NCBI GenBank assembly: GCA_023230665.1
Contig: JALNWY010000002.1
Span: 1 to 61,131, forward strand
Direction of reading: 5' to 3'
Source of the DNA: Deltaproteobacteria bacterium
Lineage (GTDB): Bacteria; Desulfobacterota; Desulfomonilia; UBA1062
Length of the DNA: 61,131 nucleotides
Part shown: in pieces, positions 45,133 to 56,958 of the stretch
Position numbering within the stretch: position 1 is the first letter of the stretch
How the letters are laid out: each line of letters starts with the position of its first letter
The notes under the pieces: model-generated
Seen by the model: only the letters and a program-made list of their open reading frames with translations
Told to the model about the DNA's origin: nothing
Databases searched by the model: none
Program-made: the position numbers and the translations under genes

Positions 45133-46146
45133 TCACCGGTTTATGGAGATCAGGTGCTCCGCGATCCGGACCGCATTGATCGCAGTCCCCTTTCGGATAT
45201 TGTCAGAGACGCTCCACAGGGCGATGCCGTTTTCCGTGGAGAGATCTTCCCTGATCCTGCCAACGAAACACTCGTCCTTTCCGGTTACGTATACAGGCAG
45301 CGGGTAGATTCCTGCGGCCGGATTGTCCTCCACCCTGATGCCGGGGAAATGTTTCAGGATCGACCTGACCTTGTCTGGAGACAACTTTTTCACGGTCTGG
45401 ATGTTCACTGACTGAGAGTGGCAGTAATACATGGGCACCAGCACCATGGTGGCACTGATCCGTACGGCGCTGCTCTCCAGGACTTTTTTCGTCTCTTCTG
45501 CAATACGCATCTCGTCTGATGTATAGGCGTTGTCCAGGAAAGGGCCGACCTGGGGAATGACGTTGAAGGCCATCTGGTGCGGAAACACGGACGACCGAGT
45601 CTCCCGGAAGTTGAAGAGATCGGCGATCTGCTCGGTGAGTGCCTCCAGGGCCGTATCTCCCATGTCGGATACGGCCTGGTAGGTGGAGAGAACGACCTTA
45701 AGGACCACGGCTGCCCGATGAATGGGTCCCAGCACAAGGGCTGCCTGCACGGCGGCCGGACACGGGCTGGCGATGATGCCTTTGTTTCCGGAGATCCGGT
45801 GCGCGTTGATCTCGGGCACGACCAGCGGGACACCCTCATCCATCCGGAAGCATGGCGTGGTATCGATCACCGTGCAGCCCTGCTTTGCCGCGCCAGGGGC
45901 ATACTCTTTGCTGATCTTTTCGGTCGAGGCGAAAAAGGCGATGTCCACACCCTGAAACAAGGTTTTTTTTATGGTCTGTACCGGAATCTCCTCGTCCCGA
46001 TATTGTACGGTGCTGCCGAGCGAACCCTGGGTCGCCAGAGGGATGAGTTCCGCTGCCGGAAAATCCCGCTCTCCAAGCACGGTCACGATTTCCTTGCCCG
46101 CAGTGGTGGTCGCACCCACCACAGCGATCCGATAGTGTTTTGCCAT
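45133..46146 (-). CDS. asd: Aspartate-semialdehyde dehydrogenase family protein (Asd/USG-1-like; non-canonical active-site block)
   Basis: 337 aa: VVGATTTAGKE, PLVVPEIN, STYQAVS, HSQSV and DNIRKGTAINAVRIAE. It has IASPCPAAV where Asd normally has IANPNCSTI. Confidence 0.8.
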   Translation of the reverse strand: MAKHYRIAVVGATTTAGKEIVTVLGERDFPAAELIPLATQGSLGSTVQYRDEEIPVQTIKKTLFQGVDIAFFASTEKISKEYAPGAAKQGCTVIDTTPCFRMDEGVPLVVPEINAHRISGNKGIIASPCPAAVQAALVLGPIHRAAVVLKVVLSTYQAVSDMGDTALEALTEQIADLFNFRETRSSVFPHQMAFNVIPQVGPFLDNAYTSDEMRIAEETKKVLESSAVRISATMVLVPMYYCHSQSVNIQTVKKLSPDKVRSILKHFPGIRVEDNPAAGIYPLPVYVTGKDECFVGRIREDLSTENGIALWSVSDNIRKGTAINAVRIAEHLISINR

Positions 46147-46368
46147 GGTATTCCTTTCCTGCTCACGGCCGGCAGGCCAGCGTTGACCGGCTTAGCGGTG
46201 AGAAAACAGGCAGGTGCTTCCCCGCCCTCTTCAAAAGCCAACCTTTTTACAATGGTCCCGCAGGCGTATCATGCGGCAAAGCCCGGTGAGCGCCCCTGCC
46301 GGTGTACCGCCGGCTACCTTCTCATTCTTACGGGATATGCGGCAGGAGCACTGATCCGGGATATCCTG

Positions 46369-46863
46369 CTAGATCCCGCCCCGTTTGAGGATATGCTCCA
46401 TCAGGCCGCCATCCGCAATGAGCTCCTGCATGAACCGGGGTATGGGACGGGCCTGGTATTGCCTCCCGGTGGTGATGTCCGTAATGAGACCCGTTGAGGC
46501 ATCGACCTCCACGATATCGTTCTCTTTGATCTCCGCAGATGCCTCGTCCGATTCAAAGATGGGGAGCCCCATGTTGAAGCTGTTGCGGAAGAAGATCCGG
46601 GCAAAGCTCGACGCAATGACGCAGCTCACGCCGCTGGCCTTGATCGCTATGGGGGCGTGCTCCCGGGAGGAGCCGCACCCGAAGTTCTTTCCCGCTACGA
46701 TGATGTCGCCCTTGCTCACCTTGGAGAAAAACGCAGGGTCCGCGTCTTCCATGCAGTGCTTCTTGAGCTCCTGGGGATCCGAGGTGTTGAGGTACCGGGC
46801 CGGGATGATGGCGTCGGTGTCGATGTCGTCTCCAAAGCGAAAAACGCGTCCGCGTAGGTTCAT
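46369..46863 (-). CDS. leuD: 3-isopropylmalate dehydratase small subunit
   Basis: 164 aa from MNLRGRV: [28 protein letters not shown]. Its ATG overlaps the leuC TGA (ATGA). The upstream part of the track ORF is out of context. Confidence 0.93.
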   Translation of the reverse strand: MNLRGRVFRFGDDIDTDAIIPARYLNTSDPQELKKHCMEDADPAFFSKVSKGDIIVAGKNFGCGSSREHAPIAIKASGVSCVIASSFARIFFRNSFNMGLPIFESDEASAEIKENDIVEVDASTGLITDITTGRQYQARPIPRFMQELIADGGLMEHILKRGGI

Positions 46864-48125
46864 TCCATTACCTCCGAGGGAGAGGATATCCTGCCCGTGA
46901 CCGCGGATGCTGCTGCGACCGCCGGACCCGAGAGGTACACCTCGCTGCCCGGATCTCCCATGCGGCCCACGAAGTTGCGGTTGGTGGTAGCCAGTGCCTT
47001 TTCCCCCTTTGCAAGGATCCCCAGATGCCCTCCCAGACAGGGCCCGCAGCTCGGGGGGCCGATAATGGCGCCCGCCTGAAGGAAGATCCTGATCAACCCT
47101 TCTTCCTCTGCCTTGAGAAACACCTCCGGGGTTGCAGGCAGAACCACGCACCGAACCCCCTTGTCGACCTTCTGTCCTTTCAGGATCCCTGCAGCGACCC
47201 TTAAGTCTTCGATCCTGCCGTTGGTGCACGAGCCGATGACCACCTGGTCGATTCTCACCTCGCCCACCTCGCTGATGGGCCTGGTGTTCTCGGGCAGGTG
47301 CGGGAAGGCCACCTGGGGCTCGATGTTTGCGCAGTCATACTCCCTGACCGACGCATACCGGGCGTCCGGATCGCTCTCGTACACGGTGTAGGGCCGCTTT
47401 GCCCGCGACCTGACGTAATCTTCAGTCTTCTCATCGGCCCGGATGATGCCCGCCTTGCCCCCTGCCTCAATGGCCATGTTCGACATGGTGAGCCGATTGC
47501 TCAGATCGAGCGAGGTAACAGCCGGGCCTTCGATCTCCAGCACGCGGTACAGGCCGCCGTCCACCCCGATGTCGCCGATGAGATAGAGGATGAGGTCCTT
47601 GCCCCCGACCCAGGGCCGTAGCTCGCCCTTGAACACGAACTTCATGCTCTCGGGCACCTTCATCCATGCCTGGGCGGTCATCATGGCCGCCGCAAGGTCG
47701 GTGCTGCCCACGCCGGTGGCGAATGCGCCGAGCGCGCCATAGGTGCAGGTGTGGCTGTCCGCGCCGATGACGAGGTCTCCGGGCAGGACGAGCCCTTTCT
47801 CCGGAAGCAGGGCGTGCTCCACGCCCACCTCGCCGCCGTCGAAGAAGTTCTTGAGCCCGTGCTGGTGCGCGAAATCCCTGACCATCTTGCACTGGTTGGC
47901 CGAGGCGATGTCCTTGTTCGGCGTGAAATGATCCAGAACAAAGACAATCCTGTCAGGGTCGGCCGGCTTCGCCTGCCCGCCCTTCAGAAATGCCTCTATG
48001 GCGAGCGGCGCGGTGATGTCGTTTGCCAGGGCCACGTCAACGTTCACCTTCACGATGTCGCCCGGCTTGACCTCGCGCGCATCCGTATGCGCTGCGAGGA
48101 TCTTTTCGGCAATAGTCATTCCCAC
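46860..48125 (-). CDS. leuC: 3-isopropylmalate dehydratase large subunit
   Basis: 421 aa with aconitase-family motifs: [27 protein letters not shown] and [10 protein letters not shown]. Confidence 0.95.
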   Translation of the reverse strand: MGMTIAEKILAAHTDAREVKPGDIVKVNVDVALANDITAPLAIEAFLKGGQAKPADPDRIVFVLDHFTPNKDIASANQCKMVRDFAHQHGLKNFFDGGEVGVEHALLPEKGLVLPGDLVIGADSHTCTYGALGAFATGVGSTDLAAAMMTAQAWMKVPESMKFVFKGELRPWVGGKDLILYLIGDIGVDGGLYRVLEIEGPAVTSLDLSNRLTMSNMAIEAGGKAGIIRADEKTEDYVRSRAKRPYTVYESDPDARYASVREYDCANIEPQVAFPHLPENTRPISEVGEVRIDQVVIGSCTNGRIEDLRVAAGILKGQKVDKGVRCVVLPATPEVFLKAEEEGLIRIFLQAGAIIGPPSCGPCLGGHLGILAKGEKALATTNRNFVGRMGDPGSEVYLSGPAVAAASAVTGRISSPSEVME

Positions 48126-48168
48126 GGCTTATAAGCCTCCTTGTCAGCCTGTGCCCGAAACCCGTATC

Positions 48169-49716
48169 TTAGAGATGGGGAACGTCTCCGGATCTCTTGT
48201 GCTTGAGAAACTCCATCCGGTTGAGCGCGTTCACCAGTGCCCTGGCCGATGCCACGAGAATGTCCGGATCAGCGCCCTGGCCGGTGGCGACCGTGTCTCT
48301 GTCCATGAGCTCGACCGTCACTTCGCCCTGGGCATCAAACCCTCCGGTGACCGAGCTCACCGAAAACCGCTTCAGCTCGGCATGGAATCCGGTCATCTTG
48401 ATGATGGTCTTATAGAGCGCATCGACAGGGCCGTTGCCAAAGCATGAATCCTTGACGACCTCGCCGTCCACGCCCAGCACCACCGTGGCTGCCGGGGTCG
48501 ACACAGTGCCTGAGCTCACGTTGATGTGCTTGAGCTCGTACTTGTCCGGCACCCGGTAGATCTCTTCGATCACGATGGCCTCGATGTCCGCGTCGAAGAT
48601 CTCCTTTTTCTTGTCTGATATCTCCTTGAACCGTCTGAACACCTTGTTCACGTCCTCTTCGCTCAGGCGGTACCCAAGGGATTCAAGACGCTTGCTCAGG
48701 GCATGCCTGCCCGAGTGCTTGCCCAGTACGAGGTTCGACTTGCCGTAGCCGATGGCCTCGGGCGTCATGATCTCGTAGGTGGAGCGCTCCTTGAGATAAC
48801 CGTCCTGATGGATTCCCGATTCGTGCGCAAAGGCGTTGGCCCCCACGATGGCCTTGTTGGGCTGGACCGGGATGCCGGTGATGTGCGAGACGAGGCGGCT
48901 CGCTGGATAGATCTGCGAGGTATCGATCGAGGTGTCCAGTTTGTAGAGGTCCTTGCGGACATTGAAGATCATGACAACCTCTTCGAGCGAGGTATTGCCC
49001 GCGCGCTCGCCGATGCCGTTGATGGTGCACTCGATCTGCCGGGCCCCTGCCATGACGGCCGACACCGAGTTGGCCGTTGCCATGCCCAGGTCGTTGTGGC
49101 AGTGCACACTGATCACCGCCTTGTCGATGTCCCTGATCTTCTTTTTCAGATAGCTGATCAGCTCGAAGAACTCCTGGGGATTGGTGTAGCCCACGGTGTC
49201 CGGGACATTGATCGTGCCCGCGCCCGCGGCGATGGCTGTGGAGTAGACGTCCACGAGAAAGTCCCGGTCCGAGCGCGTGGCGTCCATGGCGGAAAACTCC
49301 ACGTCCGGGCAAAGCGAGCGGCACATGCCCACGGAGTGTTCAACAGACCCCAGCACCTGATCGCGGCTCATGTTCAGCTGGTATTTCAGATGGATGTCCG
49401 AGGTGGCGATAAAGGTGTGAATCCCCGGCATGGTCGCGTTTTTCACCGCATCCCAGGCGGCCTGGATGTCCTCGTCCCTGGCCCGGCACAGCCCTATAAC
49501 CATGGACTTCTTCACCTCGCCGGCCACGGCCTGCACCGCGTCGAAATCACCGGGCGAGGAGATGGGAAACCCGGCCTCGATCCGGTCCACACCCAGGGCC
49601 TCGAGCTGTTTTGCCACCAGCACCTTCTCGTGCACGTCCATGCTTGCTCCGGGAGACTGCTCGCCGTCCCGCAACGTTGTGTCAAATATGATTATTCTCT
49701 CTTGCAGCGTTTTCAT
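48169..49716 (-). CDS. leuA: 2-isopropylmalate synthase
   Basis: 515 aa: FDTTLRDGEQSPG, HCHNDLGMATANS, NGIGERAGN and HESGIHQDG, plus a LeuA dimerisation/regulatory C-terminal domain. Confidence 0.95.
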   Translation of the reverse strand: MKTLQERIIIFDTTLRDGEQSPGASMDVHEKVLVAKQLEALGVDRIEAGFPISSPGDFDAVQAVAGEVKKSMVIGLCRARDEDIQAAWDAVKNATMPGIHTFIATSDIHLKYQLNMSRDQVLGSVEHSVGMCRSLCPDVEFSAMDATRSDRDFLVDVYSTAIAAGAGTINVPDTVGYTNPQEFFELISYLKKKIRDIDKAVISVHCHNDLGMATANSVSAVMAGARQIECTINGIGERAGNTSLEEVVMIFNVRKDLYKLDTSIDTSQIYPASRLVSHITGIPVQPNKAIVGANAFAHESGIHQDGYLKERSTYEIMTPEAIGYGKSNLVLGKHSGRHALSKRLESLGYRLSEEDVNKVFRRFKEISDKKKEIFDADIEAIVIEEIYRVPDKYELKHINVSSGTVSTPAATVVLGVDGEVVKDSCFGNGPVDALYKTIIKMTGFHAELKRFSVSSVTGGFDAQGEVTVELMDRDTVATGQGADPDILVASARALVNALNRMEFLKHKRSGDVPHL

Positions 49717-50470
49717 GCTCTGCCTCTTTCAATTGCTTTTTCTCGCGCGCGTGACTGCGGACCTGTACCACCGCGTTGCTGATCGGCCCTCCCACGATAA
49801 AGGTCATGACCAGCACGAAGATCATGATCTCCGGCGCCAGCGCAACCACCACGAGCACCAGAAGCCCGGCGACCAGGAGCTGGAAGGGATGTGCCTTGAG
49901 ATAGTTGATGTGCTTGAAGCTCGGATAACGGATCGCGCTCACCATCATGAACGACAGGGCATACATGCCCATGAGGATGACAGGCGGCGGAATGGTCCCG
50001 ATCTGCTTCGAGAGCAGGACCATGCTGGCTACCGCAGCGGCGGCTATGGGGATCGGAAGCCCCACAAAGCCCGTGGCGCCAGAGGCGTCCGTGTTGAAGC
50101 GCGCGAGTCTCAGCGCTCCGCACGCCACGAACAAGAAGCAGGCGATGAACCCCAGCCTGCCGAACTGGTTGACCTGCCAGAGGAAGGCCAGGATGGCAGG
50201 CGAGACACCGAAGGCAACCACGTCGGAGAGCGAGTCGTACTCCTTGCCGAAGGCCGAGGTGGAGTTGGTGGCCCTGGCGACCCTGCCGTCGATGCCGTCG
50301 ATGAACCCGGCCAGCAGGATCATGATGGCTGCCATGTAGAAGTTCCCTTTCAGGGAAAACGAGATGGAATAGAACCCGAAGAAGAGGCCCACCGTGGTGA
50401 TGAAGTTGGGCAGAAAGGGCACTGACCGCTTTGTTTCCGTTCCTGACTTGGTCCTGATTTTCTTCTTCAT
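49682..50470 (-). CDS. pssA: CDP-diacylglycerol--serine O-phosphatidyltransferase
   Basis: CDP-alcohol phosphatidyltransferase motif DGIDGRVAR...G.E.DSLSD. 262 aa and polytopic. Confidence 0.9.
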   Translation of the reverse strand: MKKKIRTKSGTETKRSVPFLPNFITTVGLFFGFYSISFSLKGNFYMAAIMILLAGFIDGIDGRVARATNSTSAFGKEYDSLSDVVAFGVSPAILAFLWQVNQFGRLGFIACFLFVACGALRLARFNTDASGATGFVGLPIPIAAAAVASMVLLSKQIGTIPPPVILMGMYALSFMMVSAIRYPSFKHINYLKAHPFQLLVAGLLVLVVVALAPEIMIFVLVMTFIVGGPISNAVVQVRSHAREKKQLKEAEHENAARENNHI

Positions 50471-51081
50471 TCCTTTTTTCCCCCTATGACCGTCTCACCG
50501 GCAAAGACCGTCTGGCCCCTGCTTACCGCGACGGTGTAGCCCACCGGCATATAGCACTCCAGAAGCGACCCGAACCGGATCAGCCCGATCCTCTGCCCGG
50601 CCTCGACCTTATCGCCCTCCTCGGGCATGCACGAGATCCTCCTGGCCACCAGGCCGGCGACCTGGTCGACCCGGAACACCCCGTCCTGGTTTTCGATATA
50701 GAGTATCATGCGCTCGTTGGCTTCGGTCTTTTTTCCAAGGTTGGCCATGTGGAAGGTTCCGGACCGGTAGTGCTTGCCCACCACCGTGCCCGAGACAGGG
50801 GAGCGGTTTACGTGAACATTGAAGACCGACATGAAGATAGAAATCTTCGTGCAGGGCCCCACCTGTTCCTCATCGGTGTTCACCACATCGAGGACCGTGC
50901 CGTCTGCAGGAGAGATGACCAGACCTTCACCTGCTGGCACTTCCCGCTCCGGGTCCCGGAAAAACCACGTCACGAACGCCACAGGGATGAGCCCCACGAT
51001 CCCGAGCCCCAGGCGTGCAAGGACCAGGGAAAGGAGCCCGGAGCCGAAAATGAACGGAAAGCCCTCTCTGCGGATCTTCAC
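50467..51081 (-). CDS. psd: Phosphatidylserine decarboxylase proenzyme (short type)
   Basis: 204 aa: FFRDPER, VISPADG and the self-cleavage region IRFGSLLECY. It overlaps pssA by 4 nt. Confidence 0.9.
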   Translation of the reverse strand: MKIRREGFPFIFGSGLLSLVLARLGLGIVGLIPVAFVTWFFRDPEREVPAGEGLVISPADGTVLDVVNTDEEQVGPCTKISIFMSVFNVHVNRSPVSGTVVGKHYRSGTFHMANLGKKTEANERMILYIENQDGVFRVDQVAGLVARRISCMPEEGDKVEAGQRIGLIRFGSLLECYMPVGYTVAVSRGQTVFAGETVIGGKKE

Positions 51082-52595
<1,514 letters not shown>

Positions 52596-52606
52596 AGCTC
52601 ACATCC

Positions 52607-54304
52607 TTACACGAGAAGCATATTATTGATCGGGGCCCCGGCGGGCACCATGGGATAGACGTCTTCCTCGGGGTCCACCACAAAGTCGACGATCACCGGG
52701 CCCGGTATCCGCAAGGCCTCCCGTATGGCGTCCTTGACGTCTTCGGGCCTGGTGACGCGCAGGCCCTTTGCGCCGTAGGCCTCGGCCAGCTTCACGAAAT
52801 CCGGCGAAACCGCCATGGAGGTGTGCGAGTAGCGCTTCTTGTAAAACAGCGACTGCCACTGCCTGACCATGCCCAGGTAGCCGTTGTTGAGGATCATGAC
52901 CTTGACCGGGAGGTCGTACTGTACCGCGGTGGCCAACTCCTGGATATTCATCTGGATGGAGCCGTCTCCTGCGATATCGATGACTGTTCGACCCGGAAAG
53001 GCCACCTGTGCCCCGATTGCCGCGGGAAAACCATAACCCATGGTCCCCAGCCCGCCCGAGGTCAGAAAGAGCCTCGGCTCGTTGAATTTGTAGAATTGGG
53101 CCGTCCACATCTGATTCTGGCCCACCTCGGTGGTGATGATGGTGTCGTCGGGCGCGATCTCGTCGATCATCTCGATCACGTACTGGGGCTTGACGATCTC
53201 GCTTTTGCAGTACCTGAGCGGCTGCTGCTCCTTCCAGACCTCGATCTCGCTCCGCCAGGATGCTGTCTGGGAGAGCATCTCGGCCAGCTCGGCGTCTTTG
53301 CCGGCGAGCTCGGCGAGCATGCCTCTGAGCACCATCCTGCAGTCGCCCACCACGGGCAGATCCACCTTCACGTTCTTGCTGATGGAGGTGGGATCGATGT
53401 CGATGTGGATGATCTTGGCCTTGGGCGCGAACTCGTCGACCTTGCCGGTCACCCGGTCGTCGAACCGGGCCCCGATTGCAATGAGGCAGTCCGAGTTCGT
53501 GACTGTCATATTCGCCGCATAGGTGCCGTGCATGCCCAGCATGCCCAGAGACAGCGGATCGCCCGATGGAAAGGCTCCCATACCCATGAGCGTGGTAGTG
53601 ACCGGAAGTTGAAGCCTCCGGGCAAAGTCCGAGAGCTCTTTGGATGCGCCGGCGAGCGTGACCCCGCCCCCTGCATAGATCACCGGATGCCTGCTCTTGA
53701 GGATCAAGCCCATGATGCGCCTGATCTGACCCGGATGCCCCTTGTAGGTGGGACAGTAGCTTTCGAGGCTCAGCGAGTCGGGATATTTGAAGTTCACGGT
53801 GCTCTTCATCACGTCCTTGGGAAGATCCACCAGCACCGGTCCGGGTCTGCCCGTCCGGGCGATGTAGAACGCCTCTTTGATCACCCTGCCCAGGTCGCAG
53901 ACATCCTTGACCAGGTAGTTGTGCTTGGTGCACGGCCGCGTGATCCCTACGATGTCCGCCTCCTGGAAGGCATCGTTGCCGATGAGATGCGTGGGAACCT
54001 GGCCGGTGAACACCACGATCGGTATGGAATCCATATATGCGGTGGCAATTCCGGTGACCGTGTTCGTGGCCCCCGGCCCCGATGTCACCAGGCACACGCC
54101 CACCCGTCCCGACGCGCGGGCATAGCCGTCCGCTGCATGGACCGCCCCCTGCTCGTGCCGCGACAGGATGAACTGGATATCCCGTGCATCCATGATGGCA
54201 TCGAATATATCGAGCACGGCTCCGCCGGGGTATCCGAACGCATGGGTTACACCCTCACACCGCAAGGCCTCGATAAAGGCCTGCGCTCCGGTAATTTTCC
54301 TCAT
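52607..54304 (-). CDS. ilvB: Acetolactate synthase large (catalytic) subunit
   Basis: 565 aa and ThDP-dependent: [16 protein letters not shown] and [15 protein letters not shown]...GDGS.QMN.QEL. Confidence 0.96.
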   Translation of the reverse strand: MRKITGAQAFIEALRCEGVTHAFGYPGGAVLDIFDAIMDARDIQFILSRHEQGAVHAADGYARASGRVGVCLVTSGPGATNTVTGIATAYMDSIPIVVFTGQVPTHLIGNDAFQEADIVGITRPCTKHNYLVKDVCDLGRVIKEAFYIARTGRPGPVLVDLPKDVMKSTVNFKYPDSLSLESYCPTYKGHPGQIRRIMGLILKSRHPVIYAGGGVTLAGASKELSDFARRLQLPVTTTLMGMGAFPSGDPLSLGMLGMHGTYAANMTVTNSDCLIAIGARFDDRVTGKVDEFAPKAKIIHIDIDPTSISKNVKVDLPVVGDCRMVLRGMLAELAGKDAELAEMLSQTASWRSEIEVWKEQQPLRYCKSEIVKPQYVIEMIDEIAPDDTIITTEVGQNQMWTAQFYKFNEPRLFLTSGGLGTMGYGFPAAIGAQVAFPGRTVIDIAGDGSIQMNIQELATAVQYDLPVKVMILNNGYLGMVRQWQSLFYKKRYSHTSMAVSPDFVKLAEAYGAKGLRVTRPEDVKDAIREALRIPGPVIVDFVVDPEEDVYPMVPAGAPINNMLLV

Positions 54305-54334
54305 CTTCCGCGCCCCTTCTCACCGCATAACAAT

Positions 54335-54571
54335 TCAATATGAATCAACTTTCTCCCTGTACGAGCGGAGTATTTCTTCTATTCTGTCCTTGCCTCTGAG
54401 CTTGAGCTTCTGGATTTCCTTGCGGCGTATCTCTTCCTCGGTGCTCAGGTATCGCCGCTTGTTGATCTGTTCAAGCTTTTCTTCGTAGTCCAGGTGCTCA
54501 TCCCAGAGCTTCTTGAGCTCCTTGTTCTTGGGGATAAGCCTGCGTATCATCTGTAATTCTGTTTCTTCCAT
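54335..54571 (-). CDS. DUF465 (YdcH-like) small coiled-coil protein
   Basis: 78 aa: L..EH..YE..L..L....YLS.EEE....E.KKLKL..KD.I. SD GAGGTGA. Confidence 0.75.
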   Translation of the reverse strand: MEETELQMIRRLIPKNKELKKLWDEHLDYEEKLEQINKRRYLSTEEEIRRKEIQKLKLRGKDRIEEILRSYREKVDSY

Positions 54572-54605
54572 ACACGCTCACCTCGTGATTTCTTGGTAAA
54601 CCCTA

Positions 54606-54634
54606 TGTACATCATAGATACCTCACCATGTCAA
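54606..54634 (-). promoter_or_regulatory. Candidate promoter of the DUF465-ilv-leu cluster
   Basis: The minus strand has a perfect -35 TTGACA (54634-54629). Only weak -10 candidates (TGTACA / TACATA) lie 17-19 nt downstream. Confidence 0.3.
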
Positions 54635-54751
54635 CATAGTGATTCATTGGTGTTACAGGGCCTTCTCGACCTGCTCTTAGGGCCGACGATTCCCGGGCTG
54701 AACGTCGGAATTCCGTCCCGGTGTCGTCCGGGGCCAGGAGGACCGCACCCA

Positions 54752-55174
54752 TCAGAAGGCGATCATACCCGTGAAGAAGAAGTGAATGATCAGGGCTGGA
54801 AGCAGCACAAAGGCCAGGGCCCTATGCACCGACAACAGCCCGGTGCGCAGGCTCTTTTTTCCATAAAACAGCCAGGCCCCCGCCGCGGACGCACAGATCA
54901 GGACAAAGGCCGCGATGAGCCCGCTTACAGAGATGAACGAACCGGCGATGACCGGATATGCATGCGCTGCAAGGGCGATCAGGGCTGCCGCGCCGAAGAT
55001 TCGGTGCCGGCCTACCATGAGTTTCATGAAGCTCCGGTAGGCGTCGGCAAAGTCCGCGTATTCGCGGGGGAGCCGTTTGACGTATTCCCTGCCGATCTGC
55101 TTGAGCAGGTAGGTGGAGAACGCGGCAGCAAGTGCCAGCGCCGTCAGCCATCCGGTCAGTGCCTGTACGCTCAT
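54752..55174 (-). CDS. Hypothetical membrane protein
   Basis: 141 aa from MSVQALTGW with 4 predicted TM helices. The track ORF start at 55285 was trimmed. Confidence 0.55.
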   Translation of the reverse strand: MSVQALTGWLTALALAAAFSTYLLKQIGREYVKRLPREYADFADAYRSFMKLMVGRHRIFGAAALIALAAHAYPVIAGSFISVSGLIAAFVLICASAAGAWLFYGKKSLRTGLLSVHRALAFVLLPALIIHFFFTGMIAF

Positions 55175-55475
55175 GTTATGTTCTCTGTCTCCTTGCCTTT
55201 TTTGTCTTCGGGTCGTTTCTGCATAAAACCCAGGGATTCGGCTGTCAACAGCCAAAGCCGGTGTTGAGTCTCCGGCTCGATGCAACAGGCCCTTTTCTCA
55301 AGAGATGGCGCCTTGCCCGGGTGGCTTACAGACTTGAGGCCGGGTCGGATTGCTTCTCTTGGCAACGCCTTGTTCCATTGATGAATCATGGCCTTGCAAT
55401 TGAATGGAACACCTATAGCACATGAATGGGTGGCCGAAGAAGTGCGGTTTGAACGATGATCTTCCGGAATAAAGC

Positions 55476-56870
55476 CTATGGCGTCTCGTCCCTGATGCTG
55501 TTCCTGCGGTCCATGAGGATTCTCAGGGTAAAGACCGCGCCCGGGTTTGCCTGAGGTATCACCTCGATGTGGGACCCTATCTTGGCCAGGGCCATGCGTG
55601 CCTCTGTGAGGCCGAGACCGATCTTCATGGGGTCTGAAGAAGTGAAAGGGGCAAAGATGGACTCGATATCGTCCTTCACGCCCGGACCGTAATCACGCAG
55701 CGAAACATGGGCGAATCCGTCACGGCGGGAGAGGGTGACGAGAAACCTCTCCGACCCGGTTTCCACGGCATTGTCCAGGATGCGCGAGAATGCCGTCTGG
55801 ACATGACATGCATCCGTGCAGGCCATGAGCCGCCCGTTACCTTCGATGGCTACCTCAGGAGCAGCGGGATGACGGGAAATCACCTCGGAGACCAGGAGGA
55901 GCAGATTTCTCCGGGCATAGACGAGTCTCCTGTTCACCATATTCTCATACTGTTCGATCCTCACGATCATCTCCTCGATCCTCTGGATCGATGAGTGGAT
56001 TCCGGAAAATGCAGTGCCGGCGAATTTTGCCTTCAGGCCATTGTCTTGTTTTTCGATCCTTTTCATGTATGCGCCGATTACGGTCAGCGGGTTTCTCAGC
56101 TCGTGGGAAAGCCCGTTGATCATGAGCGTGAGGTCCTTTGCCTGCAGAGAAATCCGGTACTGCATGGACCGGATATCAGTGATGTCCCGCCCGATGACTG
56201 AAAGCGCATAGATGCGACCGTCTTCGGACAAGGGCGTGCTCATGCACGAGAATATCCCGGTCCTTCCCCCGGCCAGACGGAATCTCGTCTCGATCTTGGA
56301 GGGCACGCCTTTGCGGAAACCGTTTGCGACCATTTCGTTGACCAGGTCCTTGTCTTCGTCCACCACATAATCCACGAGCGCCCGCCCGATGACCGGCTTG
56401 GTGCCGCGAACCAGATAGTTCTGGACGGTCTCGTTGCAGAACATGATCTTGCCGGTGGGCCCCAGCGCAAAGATGAGGTCGCTGGCGTTTCTGATGATGG
56501 CATTGTACCGTTTGCTGTCCCGCAGCATGGTTTTCTGTTTTTCCTGGATAGCGAGTTCTTTTTCGTTGAGCGATCGGATCAGCCTGTCGCCGATGTCATA
56601 GGACTCACGCATCTCGGTATACAGGGTGATGATGGCCTGAATGACCATGGTATCGCGCGGTATCACTCCTACCACCTGCTCGGGCAAGGGCGTGGATATG
56701 GGGAGATCGGACACGAGATAGACCCGCCCGCCCCGGATCGCGTCCCACTGAACACAACTCTTGTCATCGAGGAAGAGCAGGCTGTTCTCGGGAACACCCT
56801 CAAGGGTCTCTGTCTGCCTGATCCCGGCCACCCCGGCGGGAACAGGACCTCCATACCAGAAAACGTCCAT
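55476..56870 (-). CDS. Cytoplasmic sensor histidine kinase (degenerate REC-like N-terminus, PAS, HisKA, HATPase_c)
   Basis: PAS: NAIIRNASDLIFALGPTGKIMFCN. H-box: LSHELRNPLT. N and G boxes: ILDNAVE, RDYGPGV and GLGL. Confidence 0.9.
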   Translation of the reverse strand: MDVFWYGGPVPAGVAGIRQTETLEGVPENSLLFLDDKSCVQWDAIRGGRVYLVSDLPISTPLPEQVVGVIPRDTMVIQAIITLYTEMRESYDIGDRLIRSLNEKELAIQEKQKTMLRDSKRYNAIIRNASDLIFALGPTGKIMFCNETVQNYLVRGTKPVIGRALVDYVVDEDKDLVNEMVANGFRKGVPSKIETRFRLAGGRTGIFSCMSTPLSEDGRIYALSVIGRDITDIRSMQYRISLQAKDLTLMINGLSHELRNPLTVIGAYMKRIEKQDNGLKAKFAGTAFSGIHSSIQRIEEMIVRIEQYENMVNRRLVYARRNLLLLVSEVISRHPAAPEVAIEGNGRLMACTDACHVQTAFSRILDNAVETGSERFLVTLSRRDGFAHVSLRDYGPGVKDDIESIFAPFTSSDPMKIGLGLTEARMALAKIGSHIEVIPQANPGAVFTLRILMDRRNSIRDETP

Positions 56871-56958
56871 GGAGAATCACTCGGAATATCGGATAATATT
56901 CTTTATTCCCCCTCATCGCCATGCTGACCGATGTGCTGTCCGAGACCAGGACCTCTCT

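Noticed and set aside
52823-54343. 506-aa plus-strand ORF; similar plus-strand ORFs at 48703..49782 and 50749..51708
   Set aside because: These are antisense to ilvB, leuA and psd/ilvC respectively. All three minus-strand genes are unambiguous.
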